Source: the human T2T-CHM13v2.0 reference genome, Homo sapiens
Assembly: GCF_009914755.1 (NCBI RefSeq)
Contig: NC_060926.1
DNA: 64,000 nucleotides
Direction: 5' to 3' (one strand)
Shown piece after piece: positions 1 through 13,029 of the stretch. Positions within the stretch are counted from its first letter, which is position 1. Each line of letters opens with the position of its first letter. Made by a program: the position numbers and the translations under genes. Under the pieces are notes generated by a model. It was not told the origin of the DNA. It made no database searches and worked only from the letters and a program-made list of their open reading frames with translations.

Positions 1-39
1 CACTCTGCATCTGTTGAAGGAACCAAATCCAGGGAGTGT

Positions 40-185
40 CTTCATTGCCACATTCTACCTTCACCCCCACATTCAATCCATCACCAAGTCCAATAGATTT
101 TACCTCCTAAATATTTATCTACTCAAGCTGATTCTTTAGATCTCTACCACAACAATTTTGGTTCAAACTGCCATCATCTTTTGTT
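40..185 (+). mobile_element. L2 fragment
   Basis: CCCACATTCAATCCATCACCAAGTCC...TTTTACCTCC resembles the L2 ORF2 region. Confidence 0.65.
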
Positions 186-189
186 TCAA

Positions 190-447
190 CCAGGCTGCAG
201 TGCAGTGGTGGGATCATGGCTCACTGCAGGCTTGACCTCCCGGGGTCAAAGCAATCTCCCCACCTCAGCCTACCAAGTAGCTGGGACTACAGGTACTTGT
301 CGCCAGGCTCTGCTAATTTTTGTATTTTTTATAGAGATGGGGTTTTACCATGTTGCCTAGGCTGGTCTGGAACTCCTGGGCTCAAGTGATCTGACTGTCT
401 CAGCTTCCCCAAGTGTTGGGAAGACAGGCATGAGCCACTGTGCCTGG
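190..447 (-). mobile_element. AluJ-type element lacking its tail
   Basis: Diverged antisense Alu body that starts at CCAGGCTG with no poly-T. Confidence 0.9.
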
Positions 448-930
448 TAAGAATTATTTTGTATCATATCTTTGTTTGTGTTTTAATTAGTGCCCTTAAG
501 TGCTTAAGTATGATTGAAAAAGTGGTTCTGCTGGTGCTCTAAATCTCTATGCTTCAACCTCCTTTGCGACAATCATTTGCATTATCTTTGAAGAAAGAAT
601 TTGGACCAATAAAAGTACAATTTGCCTACACCTGAATGATCACAAATCCCTAATTAATGTAGTCCAATTTAATAAGAATTTACTGCATTTATGAAAATGA
701 AAACTAATGCAAAAGACAATTATTCAATGTTTAAATCTCTAGAAAGCTAGCTTACAAAGAATGTCTTCCACATATTCAAATTTTATATTTTTGTATCTAC
801 ATCTGCAAATTCAGTAATTCTATTCTATTTTACAAATATAGACATTCATCATTTGCTCAACATTTACAGATTTTAATGAATATCCCCTTCTATAACTATC
901 TGTGTAAATGTTTAAGTCTTAAAAAGAGAT

Positions 931-1137
931 TGTGATGTTCCCCTTCCTGTGTCCAAGTGTTCTCATTGTTCAATTCCCACCTATGAGTGAGAACATGCGG
1001 TGTTTGTTTTTTTGTCCTTGTGATAGTTTGCTGAGAATGATGGTTTCCAGCTTCATCCATGTCCCTACAAAGGACATGAACTCATCATTTTTTATGGCTG
1101 CATAGTATTCCATGGTGTATATGTGCCACATTTTCTT
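931..1137 (-). mobile_element. Older L1PA (about PA3/PA4) inverted arm of a twin-primed insertion
   Basis: Antisense L1 3' UTR/ORF2 end with older variants (GTCCAAGTGTTCTC, GGTTTCCAGCTTC). It begins right at the left TSD. Confidence 0.9.
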
Positions 1138-1922
1138 TTTTTTTTTTTCATTCTTTTTTTTTTTTTATACTTTAAGTTTTAGGGTACATGTGCACATTGT
1201 GCAGGTTAGTTACATATGTATACATGTGCCATGCTGGTGCGCTGCACCCACTAACTCGTCATCTAGCATTAGGTATATCTCCCAGTGCTATCCCTCCCCC
1301 CTCTCCCCACCCCACCACAGTCCCCAGAGTGTGATAGTCCCCTTCCTGTGTCCATGTGATCTCATTGTTCAATTCCCACCTATGAGTGAGAATATGTGGT
1401 GTTTGGTTTTTTGTTCTTGCGATAGTTTACTGAGAATGATGATTTCCAATTTCATCCATGTCCCTACAAAGGACATGAACTCATCATTTTTTATGGCTGC
1501 ATAGTAAACCATGGTGTATATGTGCCACATTTTCTTAATCCAGTCTATCATTGTTGGACATTTGGGTTGGTTCCAAGTCTTTGCTATTGTGAATAATGCC
1601 GCAATAAACATACGTGTGCATGTGTCTTTATAGCAGCATGATTTATAGTCCTTTGGGTATATATCCAGTAATGGGATGGCTGGGTCAAATGGTATTTCTA
1701 GTTCTAGATCCCTGAGGAATCGCCACACTGACTTCCACAATGGTTGCACCAGTTTACAGTCCCACCAACAGTGTAAAAGTGTTCCTATTTCTCCACATCC
1801 TCTCCAGCACCTGTTGTTTCCTGACTTTTTAATGATTGCCATTCTAACTGGTGTGAGATGGTATCTCATAGTGGTTTTGATTTGCATTTCTCTGATGGCC
1901 AGTGATGATGAGCATTTTTTCA
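1138..1922 (-). mobile_element. Young L1PA2-like 3' end nested in the older L1, including the ORF2 C-terminus
   Basis: Poly-T followed by a full L1 3' UTR with the non-Ta GAG diagnostic (GATGACGAGTTAGT), plus GTCCATGTGATCTC and GATTTCCAATTTC. The ORF2 C-terminal peptide appears in ORF 1369..1962. Confidence 0.9.
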
Positions 1923-2102
1923 GGGCCTGTTGTGGGGTGGGGAGAGGGGGGAGGGATAGCATTAGGAGATATACCTAATGTTAAATGACAAGTTAATGGG
2001 TGCAGCACACCAACATGGCACATGTATACATATGTAACAAACCCGCACGTTGTGCACATGTACCCTAAAACTTAAAGTATAATTTAAAGAAAAAAAAAAA
2101 AA
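1921..2102 (+). mobile_element. Older L1PA sense 3' end with poly(A)
   Basis: GGGCCTGTTGTGGGGTGG...CCCTAAAACTTAAAGTATAAT followed by an A-tract. Confidence 0.92.
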
Positions 2103-2280
2103 CCAGATCTCAGGAGAACTCACTCAGTATCATGAGGACAGCACCAAGGGGGATGGTGCTAAACCATTCATGAGAAATCCTCCCCCATGATGCAATCACC
2201 TCCTACCAGGTCCCACATGCAACACTGGGGATTAGGAGTCAACAAGAGATTGGGTGGGGACACAGATCCAAACCACATCA
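2101..2280 (-). mobile_element. MST-type MaLR LTR fragment (within the putative transduction)
   Basis: AACCAGATCTC...GGGGACACAGATCCAAACCACATCA matches the MST terminus. It starts abruptly mid-LTR. Confidence 0.85.
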
Positions 2281-2555
2281 CTGTATAATTCCATTTATAT
2301 GAAATTCTTGCAAAAACAAAACTTTAGGAACAGCCAACAGATCAGCAGTTTCCAGAATCTGGGATTTGAGGATGGTTGAATACAGAGGGCCGCAGGGGAA
2401 TTTGAGAGGATGACGAAATTGTTCTATATCTTGACCGTGGCAGAGGTTACTTGACTGTATACATTCGTCAAACTCATATTCATGAATCTCACAAACTTTT
2501 GTATACTGAAAAGGAGTGAATTTTACTGTATGTAAATTACATCTTAATTTAAAAG
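2281..2555 (+). mobile_element. Ancient L1M (ME/MB-like) 3' end (within the putative transduction)
   Basis: CTGTATAATTCCATTTATATGAAATTC...GTGAATTTTACTGTATGTAAATTAC. Confidence 0.8.
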
Positions 2556-3022
2556 TGTAATAAAAACTGTAAAGCAACTATAAAAAAAAAAGGAGATTGT
2601 TAGTATTTTTAGTTTAGCAGTGTATATAGGACATTTTGTTGGCCTAAACAATTTAAATTACAAAACTATAACAACCTAACTACTCCTTTAGTGAATCTAG
2701 CCTTTTCCATTCCTCTCAAATGATATAAGAAAGGGCCAAAAAAATTCATGACATATAAAAATAAATCATCACATAAAAAGATTTCATAGCTGTCCCTCAT
2801 ATTATAGAATGTTATTTCTTTCCAAGGAAAAACTGGGTAACCACCTTAAGCTCACAGTTGAGAGATAATGAAAATTACTTTTCAGAGAACATTCAGTGAG
2901 AATTATTGAAGATAAAAAGGAAACTATTTGGTGATTATAAGTTAGCACTACGTACCTCCTGTGCTAAATGTAACACGTATTTAAAGCAGAACTAGAATTC
3001 CTATTAATCGAATAACAAATGT

Positions 3023-4135
3023 CACTGGTATACGGAAGGTAGGGATGTGGGACAGTTCACTTCAGGTGCAGGAAATAGGGTTTGCATTTGTTTAAAAACA
3101 ATAAAAAAACGGACCAAAAATCAGTCTACTTTTTATCATCATAACATACTGGTAGTTTTAACGAATAATAAAATAGTTTTCTCTGAAAAACAGTTTTTTA
3201 TTGGTCTAAGTTTTAAATAAATGATTGCTGTGATTGCAGTTGAGTTTTAATAATATATATGTAAGACTAAAATGAGAGCTTTTTCAAATTTTTAAATTAA
3301 CTACATGGAAGTTAATACAGAGAACTTGTAGTTACATGACGGAACTTCCAATTCACAGTGACTCCTCTACATCCATTTAGTATAAGTTCCTAATGGTGAG
3401 GAATCCTTCAAGCTTGTTTCAGATGCAGTTCAAGTTTGCAAACCTTGTGCCACTCAGATTCTTGCATTTAATAGTTGATTTGAAATCAATAATGATAGTA
3501 TAGTGAATTTAAAGGCAAAGAAACAAAACTTCAGAATTTCAATTCTTTCATTTTGTGATTACTTGGAATTTTTGTGTTTTAGACTTAAGTGAGACAGTGG
3601 CAACTGTAAGGTGTATTAACTTATTTGGTAAATATAAATTGTAGCTCATACATAAAATATTTTACCGATTTTGGCTGGTAGCATTAAAATGGAAATGTAT
3701 GCATCTTTTAAAGTTATGTGCTTTAAAAATAAGAAATAAACGAAAATAAAATGTAATATCAGTGGTATAATTAATAGTTATCTAAACTCTATATTGTATA
3801 ATTTTGATTGTATTAAAATTCACTTATTTGTTACTATAATGGTATTATTCATTACTGTGATGGACTAATATACATATTTTTCTCCATTTATAAAATACAT
3901 TAATGTAACACAAAGATTAACTGTTTACCTTTTTCTCTTTTGTGCACTGGTAATATTTAGTGGCATAGTACTGTATTCAAACTTTAATTTAAAAAAAGTT
4001 TATGAGTTTTTTTGTGGCTATTGTTACTAGTCATGTAATTTCACAATTATTTCTGAAAATGCCTTTTTCCTAGAGAGGAAGGAGTATTAAAAATGACCTG
4101 CAATGGGAGTGTCAGATATGTTAGGTATACCACTG
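3023..4135 (+). mobile_element. Arthur1-family (hAT-Tip100) non-autonomous DNA transposon with both ends
   Basis: The termini CACTGGTATAC and GTATACCACTG form an 11-bp inverted repeat with 1 mismatch. Internal sequence resembles the remembered Arthur1 consensus (TTGGTCTAAGTT, GTTGAGTTTTAATAATATATATGTAAG). Confidence 0.75.
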
Positions 4136-6219
4136 ATAAAGTAAGGAAATTATTATTTATTAGAACTAAAACACATTTTCTAATTTGAAGGAAGCACAAA
4201 CTAATGAGTTGAATCATATTCTCAGCCCCCAAAGTAAGAGCCTTAACAGGGTCATATATTCTCCGGGGTCCTTGTCATTGACATGTTTTCTAAGTAGCAA
4301 ACCCAAAATTTGCTATGAGCCCTAGAATGCAGAACTAAAGTGAGAGAAATAAAGACAAAGATTTCTTTTCATTTTTTTAAAAAAAGATTTAGGTAAGATG
4401 GAGTATTAATAACTAAAAGTGATTAAATCCTAGAATATGTTGCCAAAGGAAGCTGTGGAACATTCATCCTGTGAGAAGGGAAGATTCAGTCATATGTCTT
4501 AAGTGATCATCATTCCAGATATGCAGACACACAAAATTTTACATAGTTTTAGGGAGCCCATAGGCCCCCTGCAGCCTATTCATGGGCCATATCCTCAACA
4601 AGCCCTGGTTTAGCTCTAATATTTTATGTCTTCAATTCTCTCTCCTTTAAATCCTGACCATCTCTCAAGTCTTTCTCAGTTTACCTCCACCAGGAACCTT
4701 TGTGCAAATACAAGGATAACATGTAGAGAATACCTAGTACAGGGCCTGGCAGAAGAGAAGGCATTAATCAAATGATAGCTTTCCACTTGTGTGATTATTC
4801 TATCCCATGTGCTGTCTCCATTACTAAATTTATAATTAAATTTATATTACTGTATTAACATCATACAGTTCAGCAGTATTTATAATTGTATTAGTTTTGT
4901 TTCCCTAGCTAGATAACCAGATATAGGAGGGTATTTCTCAGATCTTCCTTTCAAGGCAGGAACTACTTTGACTCTCTTCTCCTAACTCCCTGTTCAAGTT
5001 CACTGCTTTTTTACTCTCCTTAAATAACTCATGTTAACCAGCTACAGTATTTTGCCAACAACATCTTCTTAGCTTGAAATTTTAAAATTGGCTAAGGTGA
5101 TACTTCCTCATATGCTGTCTCCACCTCCACCCCATCCCCAAGCCACACATCATAAAGTTCCTTACAGCCAGTCAGACTTTCCCAAAAAACTGCTCTTTAT
5201 GCTGACCCACCACAACTAAAGTTCATGGCTTCCAGGGCAAAATGCTGTCGCTTCATTTAAAGAGCGCTTGAGAGATGAAAGTAGCTAAAGGGTACCTCTT
5301 CTGCAGAATGTTCTAAACGGTATTAAATTAGTCTCTTACTTGAAAGCAGTGTAGTAAACTTATTTTTTTTGTTCCATTCAGCTTCACTTTTGTTTTTGTC
5401 TTAAACTGTAAAAACTATAGCCAAATGCCTGCTCAAGCATACTGAATAAAAGACAAGCTACAGCAAACCAAGTATGTCTTAAAGCCTGAATTTAAACTTA
5501 AAACCAGCAACTAATCATTTTGGAAGGCTACAGGTGTTCAGTCTAGCAATTCTACCTGTTGTTAATTGTATGTTGAATAAATTTTCAGCTGAAGAATCCC
5601 AAACCACAAATATATAATGAAACATCTTATTGTTAAGGATTCTGCAACAAACCTTCACTAAAGAAATCCATACCAAGTAAAGAAGGAAAATACACAAACC
5701 CTCAACAATCTTTTTCCAACTCCCAAGTGGCGAGACAAGTTTTGGCTGAGAAAGGTCACTGACAAAAATGACTTAAAAATCCTTCCAGGAATCTTTTACT
5801 TTTGACTAAAAGAGTTATTAACACAGGAATTTTACACAGGAAAAAAGAAAACCCATAGTACTTTCAAAGCTGTTATTAATGTTTGATCAGCAAACTAATA
5901 TTTAATGGAAATGTACCAAAACTTGCAATTTCGATGGTGAATCATGGATAATCATTTTCTGTTGAGACTGTATTATAATAAGTGAGGGTGAGTATTGCTA
6001 CTTTCCTAGTAATGTTCATATTTTCTTTTTTTCATAACATCATATTAGGCTGATCACCAACTTTGAATATCATTGAACACATATAAATAGCTAAAATAAC
6101 ATATCATGTTAGACATCTATGTATTTAAAGAAAAGCCAGAAAAATATTGAATGATGTGTATTGTATATTTCCTTGTTAGTTAAATATAAGATTTGATGAA
6201 CATTTATGCGTCATCATAA

Positions 6220-6462
<243 letters not shown>

Positions 6463-7413
6463 CATCATAATCACTTTTTTAAACTTCACATTTAACCTAG
6501 TCTTTTCTTTTTTTTCATTGATAAGTTTAATATCAATCCTAAATTATCCAAATACCCATTTAAAATAAGGTAATGCTGAGAAAGGCTGTGACTTTTTAAA
6601 TAATATTATAGTGCTGCTTTGGAAACAAGTTTATATTTAATAAGTGACTACTATATGCTTCAAAAAAGATGACTGAACTTTGTTATGAGCTTGTTAAACA
6701 GCCGCTATTGAATGAAACTTTTAGCACAATATGTCCCTGCTCCCTGTAATCATGCTATAATTCTGTCATATTGAAGCAAAAAATGTTCATCATTTTGTCA
6801 GCTCTGTCTGCAAAGCAGAGAATTACCTTCCCAAGTTCCTGAGATTTATGCTTTTAATTACCTCCTATCTGCTTCACTACTCTTTAAACCTAAGAATCAA
6901 TATAAATAGTCTTATTTATGGCAAAAATGTAAAATGTTTGACAAAAGCAGGTTATCATTTTCTAGATTTCCATCTGATGCTATTGATTCTATTTTCAGTA
7001 TTATATTTCTTGACAGAATCAGTTGGTTTTTTCAAACTTACAGTATTATTCATTTATTCAACAATTTGTACTGCTGAACAGCAGATGTAAACTTTGCAAC
7101 TAGCTTTTTGGTTCCTAACCCAGCAATGAAATTATCACTACTGTGGTTATCTCTTTATTTAATCACCTGCTGCAGAGTTCAGTTTATATGTGACTTTCTC
7201 CAAATCCCCTTATCATAAGGTCACTTTTCTGTGAGGGTCAACTTCCTTGGCTTATTTAGGTTTTGCATGAGAGGCTACTATTTGCATGGGTGAAATCTAA
7301 TAGCTTAGTCACTAGTATTCTTGAACATACACACACATATACATACACTTTATATGAAATTGTGTATATACAATCTAGAATTATATAAATATGCTACAAG
7401 TGTATACACTAAA

Positions 7414-7720
7414 GAAGCTGCTATCTATCTTAAGGGATTTCAAGAGAAATGCAGTTGATGTGTATGTGTGGCCTGCAGTGAGTGTGTGTAGATATACATG
7501 TGTGTATATATATGTGAATGTTCATATATGTGAATATGCTATCTATCTTATATGTTCATATATGTGAAGCTGCTATCTATCTTAAGGGCTTTCAAGAGAA
7601 ACACAGTAGATGTGTATGTGTGGCAGGCAGTGAATGTGTATATGTGTGTATGTGTGTGTACATAGGTGAATGTTTATATATGTGAATATACATATATATA
7701 TAGGTGAATGTATAATATAT
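7414..7720. repeat. Imperfect 152-bp-period tandem duplication with TG/TA-rich tracts
   Basis: GAAGCTGCTATCTATCTTAAGGG occurs at 7414 and 7566. Confidence 0.85.
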
Positions 7721-8019
7721 ACATAAAAGTGAATGTTCAAAGTTTTTTTTTGACAAACCCATTAGGGTAAACTACCATCAACTACAGAGTATCTGAATAT
7801 TCAGAAAATATAAGGTAAATTTATTTTTTAAATAGTATGTTGGTTTGAGTTTCAAGTAACATGCTCAATATATTTTTTAACCCTCTAAAGGCCTTTTTAA
7901 GTAAAATACCTCTGATTTAAAACAATGAATCCAGTTGTTAAGCTAAAAAAACTTCATAAATAAATTACAAATGTCCAAGAAAGACAGGGGAAATTGCATT
8001 TGTTGCATTTTTGTGCCAG

Positions 8020-8140
8020 AAAAAGAGGAACAAGGGATAAAGGAGAAGAGTTGGAGGAGAGAGAGAAGAGAAAATTGAGTAGAGAAGAAAGGAAGAAGAA
8101 ATGTGATAGTTTAGAAGAAAACACAGGGGAAGAGAAACAT
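8020..8140. repeat. GA-rich low-complexity tract
   Basis: Purine-dominated run. Confidence 0.7.
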
Positions 8141-11100
8141 AACATGCAGATAGAATTTCTAGAGTTAAAAGCAAGCACCAGGCAGTCAATAGCCAAATGT
8201 GGAATCCCCTAGGAGAATGTTACATAATGACAAATAAAAAGCTTGATCCTTCAGAAAACCCAAGTGGGTACCCTTGCAGCTGTGTGCCTCTTTTGCTTTT
8301 GCTGCAAGGGACATCTTCAAACATGGTGTCTAATGGGGTTCCTGTTTCCCAGTTGATCTGATTTCTCAGGAAAAAACATAGCTGCTGCAGGGACTTGCTG
8401 CCTCATGGCAGCTGGTGGAGAGAGGTGGAGTTAGGTCTGGTGGCAAAGGAAGATGCAAAATCAGCCAATAGCGTGTGGAAAGGGAGTTATGTGGAACCCA
8501 AAGTTGTGGCTTCCTTCCTAATCTCTTGACTGCTGAGGTCTCTGCTGGGTGACAGAGAATGCCAGCGCCTCTAGCAGAGACAGCACTAAGGCCTTCTAAA
8601 TGGCAGATGGTAGATGGGGAAGTTTGTTCAGGCAAGACAAATATGAGTTGGTATTGTATTATATTAACTGCTAAAGAAACCAGGAAATTGGAATAAAATT
8701 AAAACCAAAGAAGAGATATAGGCAGAAAGACCGAGGAGGGCATAACCTAAATTGCCTTATCCAAATGAAAACTGCTGAGATGACAGACACAAAATGCATA
8801 GTGAGGTGGTATTATGGATGTACCAATTACACACTAACTGTAGCACATGGGAATTGAGGGAGGTCATTGAACGACTGCAGTTTCTGAAATCTTATAGAGA
8901 TTTATAGTAAAGAGTAGCACAGTCAGGTCACCCACAGAAATGTTTATACAAGTGGTTGATTACCCTACCATTTTAACTTCTAAGCAAACCCTTAATATTC
9001 TGTCTATTTGTACTTAATCATTCTAATGTAAATCAATGAAATGGCATGAGGTTGTCACCTTATGTCTTCAGACATGAGAAAATAGAGCACAGCAAAAAGA
9101 ACAGAAGGCTAAAATGAGAGATAGGGATATTGGATAACCTGACACCAAAAAACAAAATAAAAAATATCAACAGATCACAAACCTAGAGGTACCATACAAA
9201 ATAAAATATAAACTCTAAGTGATTCAATGTTTATTATGTTATTCAAAGATAATAATGTAAATTTGAAAAATCAAATGGGCTAGCTCCAAATGAGTAATAA
9301 AAGCCTATGGGGTCAACATTTAGGGACAATGTATCTCATGCTTAATTACTTGTGGTATTAATGCTGAGTACCAAAATTTCAGGGTCAATTCTGACTTAGA
9401 GTATATAAAACTTGACTAAAAAGATCACCATGCTTTCATTTTGATTTGCTTATAAGGCATAAAAGACTCAGAAATACATTAAGGGTATTTATAATAAACT
9501 GTTCTGAGATCAATATTAATAATAATAATAATATAATCTCTGTTTTTAAACATTTAAGAGAATCAAGTTGCCCTGTTTTGTGTAAGAATCTGTTTAAGAA
9601 TTTGATTTTGATTCAATTTTGTATAAAGATTTGATTTTGTGTAAGAATCACTTTCTTTCATCCTTCTGCTACTATCCTCCAAGGAATTGAAATGAATATG
9701 TAAATTAGAAATTATTTGGGATCTGCCAATTTCAACTTAGCCAAAATGAGATAAATGTTAGTCTCAAAAAATTTTCTGAAGTGTATGTTAGCTCATTTCC
9801 CCGGCAAAGCTTAACTTTGGAAATGGCATTTTCCAGCTAAAAGATCAGGATTCAGATTTAGGCTTATCAATTTATGACCATACTGCAGTTGCAGTATACT
9901 CAGTTACTGGAGAATAAAGAAACATTCAGGGTTAGACAGCCCCATTCAGCTTAGATACACCATGTTAGAAAAAAGGTGGTCAAGAAGAAAGCAGGGCTTG
10001 AGGTGATACACACATTTGTGCAAATGTCTGGGACTCAGTTGGAAAGCATATTATTCCTGGACTGCAATGCCTGCTCCCTGGCAAAGTTAATGGTGTTAAT
10101 TTGTAAAGGTTCATTTGGGAAATGTTTGTGATTAATGCTTGCTCATTTACATAACTGTGTATTGTGTAAATAAAGCTGTAGCATTTTGCTTTTCAACAGG
10201 GTAGTTCTACTGAGATGATATAAGCTAGACAAAGGGGGGTACAGGAACTTAAACTAGGTCATATTGAATTTTAATGCATGAAGCCAACTCTGGTACATTT
10301 TATATGGATAATGAAGAACCGCAAAATGCAGTCTGTTTACTGTGCATCTGCCTTCCATATTTTTCAATAAACGTATTTTCTACACTGAAGAGTGAAGCCA
10401 ATTTCAGTTTCAGGCTGATTTAGAAATGTTATTAAAAATAAGGATGAGCATCTTCTTAATTCTTACATTAAAATGTAAATAGGGTAATTATAAAATAATA
10501 AACTCCCCCCCAAATAAAAAATGCTCAGTTTCAGAGCTTGGTTATGCAGATTATAGCACCATTACTAAACACTGAGAACAAGTACATGTCACATTTGTGA
10601 ATTTGCCATCCAGACTTTGTGGCTTTACTGCCCAGAGTCTAAGAATGACTCAGAAGTCTAATTTCTTTCTTCATTATCAAAGGAACTTTGGAGCTATAGC
10701 AAGGAGGCTGCTGGTCATATGCTTATGTGTGCACATATGTCCACATCCCTATTAGTAAGTACAAAGAAAATGGCTGACATCAAATGGAGCTTAAGACAAA
10801 AGTGGATGTACTCCTGGAGTAATTGTGGGGCTCGAAAGAAATTCTTATGCCTTCCACAACCCAACCCATTACACAAATAAAAAACAAAATTCATAGTCAT
10901 TCTTTCTGGGTCTTAGCTGTTGACTTGTAAGACGGAGATGTTTATATCCTATCCTCCTGACAGAGGTACTGTGGAAATGATTTTTAATTATGGAACTTCA
11001 ATGGTCCTTCCAAAGATCATGTGGTTCATTTTAGGCCACATTGTAGAGATTAGCAAAGTGCTTATCATACAGGAGGAGTTCAGTAAATGCTTAGGAAATG

Positions 11101-11289
11101 AGTAAAGTTTTGTGAGGCAACATAATATAATAGGAAGAGCTGTGGATTTAGAGGCAAGAGATCCAGACTTATGTCCTAGCTCTGCCATTTATTGACTGAA
11201 AATCTAGGAGATGTCAAAAGATGAGAACCAATTTAAGTGTCCACCTGTAAGGGATGAGTTAAACTATGAAACGTGCACAAATAAACTAC

Positions 11290-11773
11290 TGTATTAGTTT
11301 TCTGTTGCTTTCATCACAAATTTTTATAAACTTAGTGGCTTAAAAGCTTATTATCTTACAGTTCTGGAGGTCAGAAGTCTGGTATGGATCTCACTGGGCT
11401 AACATCGAGGTGTCAGCAGGGCTGCATTCCTTCTGGAGGCTTTAAGGGAAAATCCATTTCTTTGTCTTTTCCAGCTTCTAGAGGTTGCCCACATTCCTTG
11501 GCTTGCGGCTCCTTCCTTCCCCTACAAAGCCAGCAATGGCCAGTGGACTCCTTGTCAGATAGCATCACTCTGACTGCCTATTCTGCATCTCTCTTCTACT
11601 TTTAAAGACCTTGTGATTACCTTGGGACCATGGGATGATCCAGGACAATCCTTTTATCATGAGGTCAGAATATTAGCTCCCTTAATTCCATCTACTACCT
11701 TAATTCTGCTTTGCTATGTAAGATATATTAACAGGTTCCAGAAATTAGGATATGGGCATCTTTGCCTACCACA
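11290..11773 (-). mobile_element. MLT1 (MLT1D-like) LTR, inserted in an old plus-strand L1M fragment (about 11225-12045)
   Basis: TGTATTAGTTT...CAGTTCTGGAGGTCAGAAGTC...GCCTACCACA. Confidence 0.85.
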
Positions 11774-12002
11774 TCTATAAAAAGAGTATGGGAGCTCGCT
11801 ATGTTCTGATAGAAAAAAATTCTTCAGCATATATTGTTACATAAAAAATGCAAGGCAAAGAAGAGTGTCAATAGTATGCTACCATTTACATAGAAAAGGG
11901 AAGAAATAATATGTATTCATACTTAGTTATATTTGCATAAGCAAGCCCTGGAAAGATATAAAGATATGCAAAAAAATTAAAGTGATTACAAATAGGGAAT
12001 GA

Positions 12003-12364
<362 letters not shown>

Positions 12365-13029
12365 TAATATTATCATGATTTTGAACTATGAATATGTTAT
12401 TTTTTAATTTGAGAGATTCATAATTGTCCCTAAACCCCTATTATTCAGTCAGTGTTCAACATCTCTTGTTTTGAAGAATCTATCTATCATCAACCTTGTT
12501 ATTTTACTCTTCTTAAATTAACTCTTCTAATAGGCAAATCCTTATTTGTGAGTGGCTTTAAACCAAGCAGTTCTCTATTACATTAGTGGACTTCATAAAA
12601 TGGTGCATCTTTTGCACGATTTTTGCAATTTAATTCTGAAATCTATTATTTGCATTGTACTGAGAGATGTTTTCAAGCATCTGGCCTTATGGCACTGAGA
12701 ATGCCAGTGTTAAAGATGCAGCATGTCTTTAGGTGGGCATTTGTTTTATAAGTGGTCAGGTAAGTAGTAAACATTTTCATGTCATATTTATATAACAACA
12801 GACTTTAATTTCTCCGTATAACTCTAAAAATTTGAACAATAACTGAGCAATACTGTAAAATTTACTTGAATCTATTTCAGTATTTATTATTGTGTCTATT
12901 CTTACAAAAGTCTTATCATACTTTCATTCTAGTAGTAAAATTGTAGTTTAATATACTTTAGTAGTTATATCTCTATCATAAATTAGTCTCCTATTTATAA
13001 AATATTTTGTGGCTCATATCATTAATTTT

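Noticed and set aside
1369-1962. 197-aa ORF, the longest in the window
   Set aside because: It is the L1 ORF2 C-terminus fused by chance, across the inversion junction, to an ATG from antisense L1 3' UTR. There is no promoter or splice evidence.
7954-8212. Charged and hydrophobic ORFs on both strands
   Set aside because: They are by-products of a GA-rich low-complexity tract.
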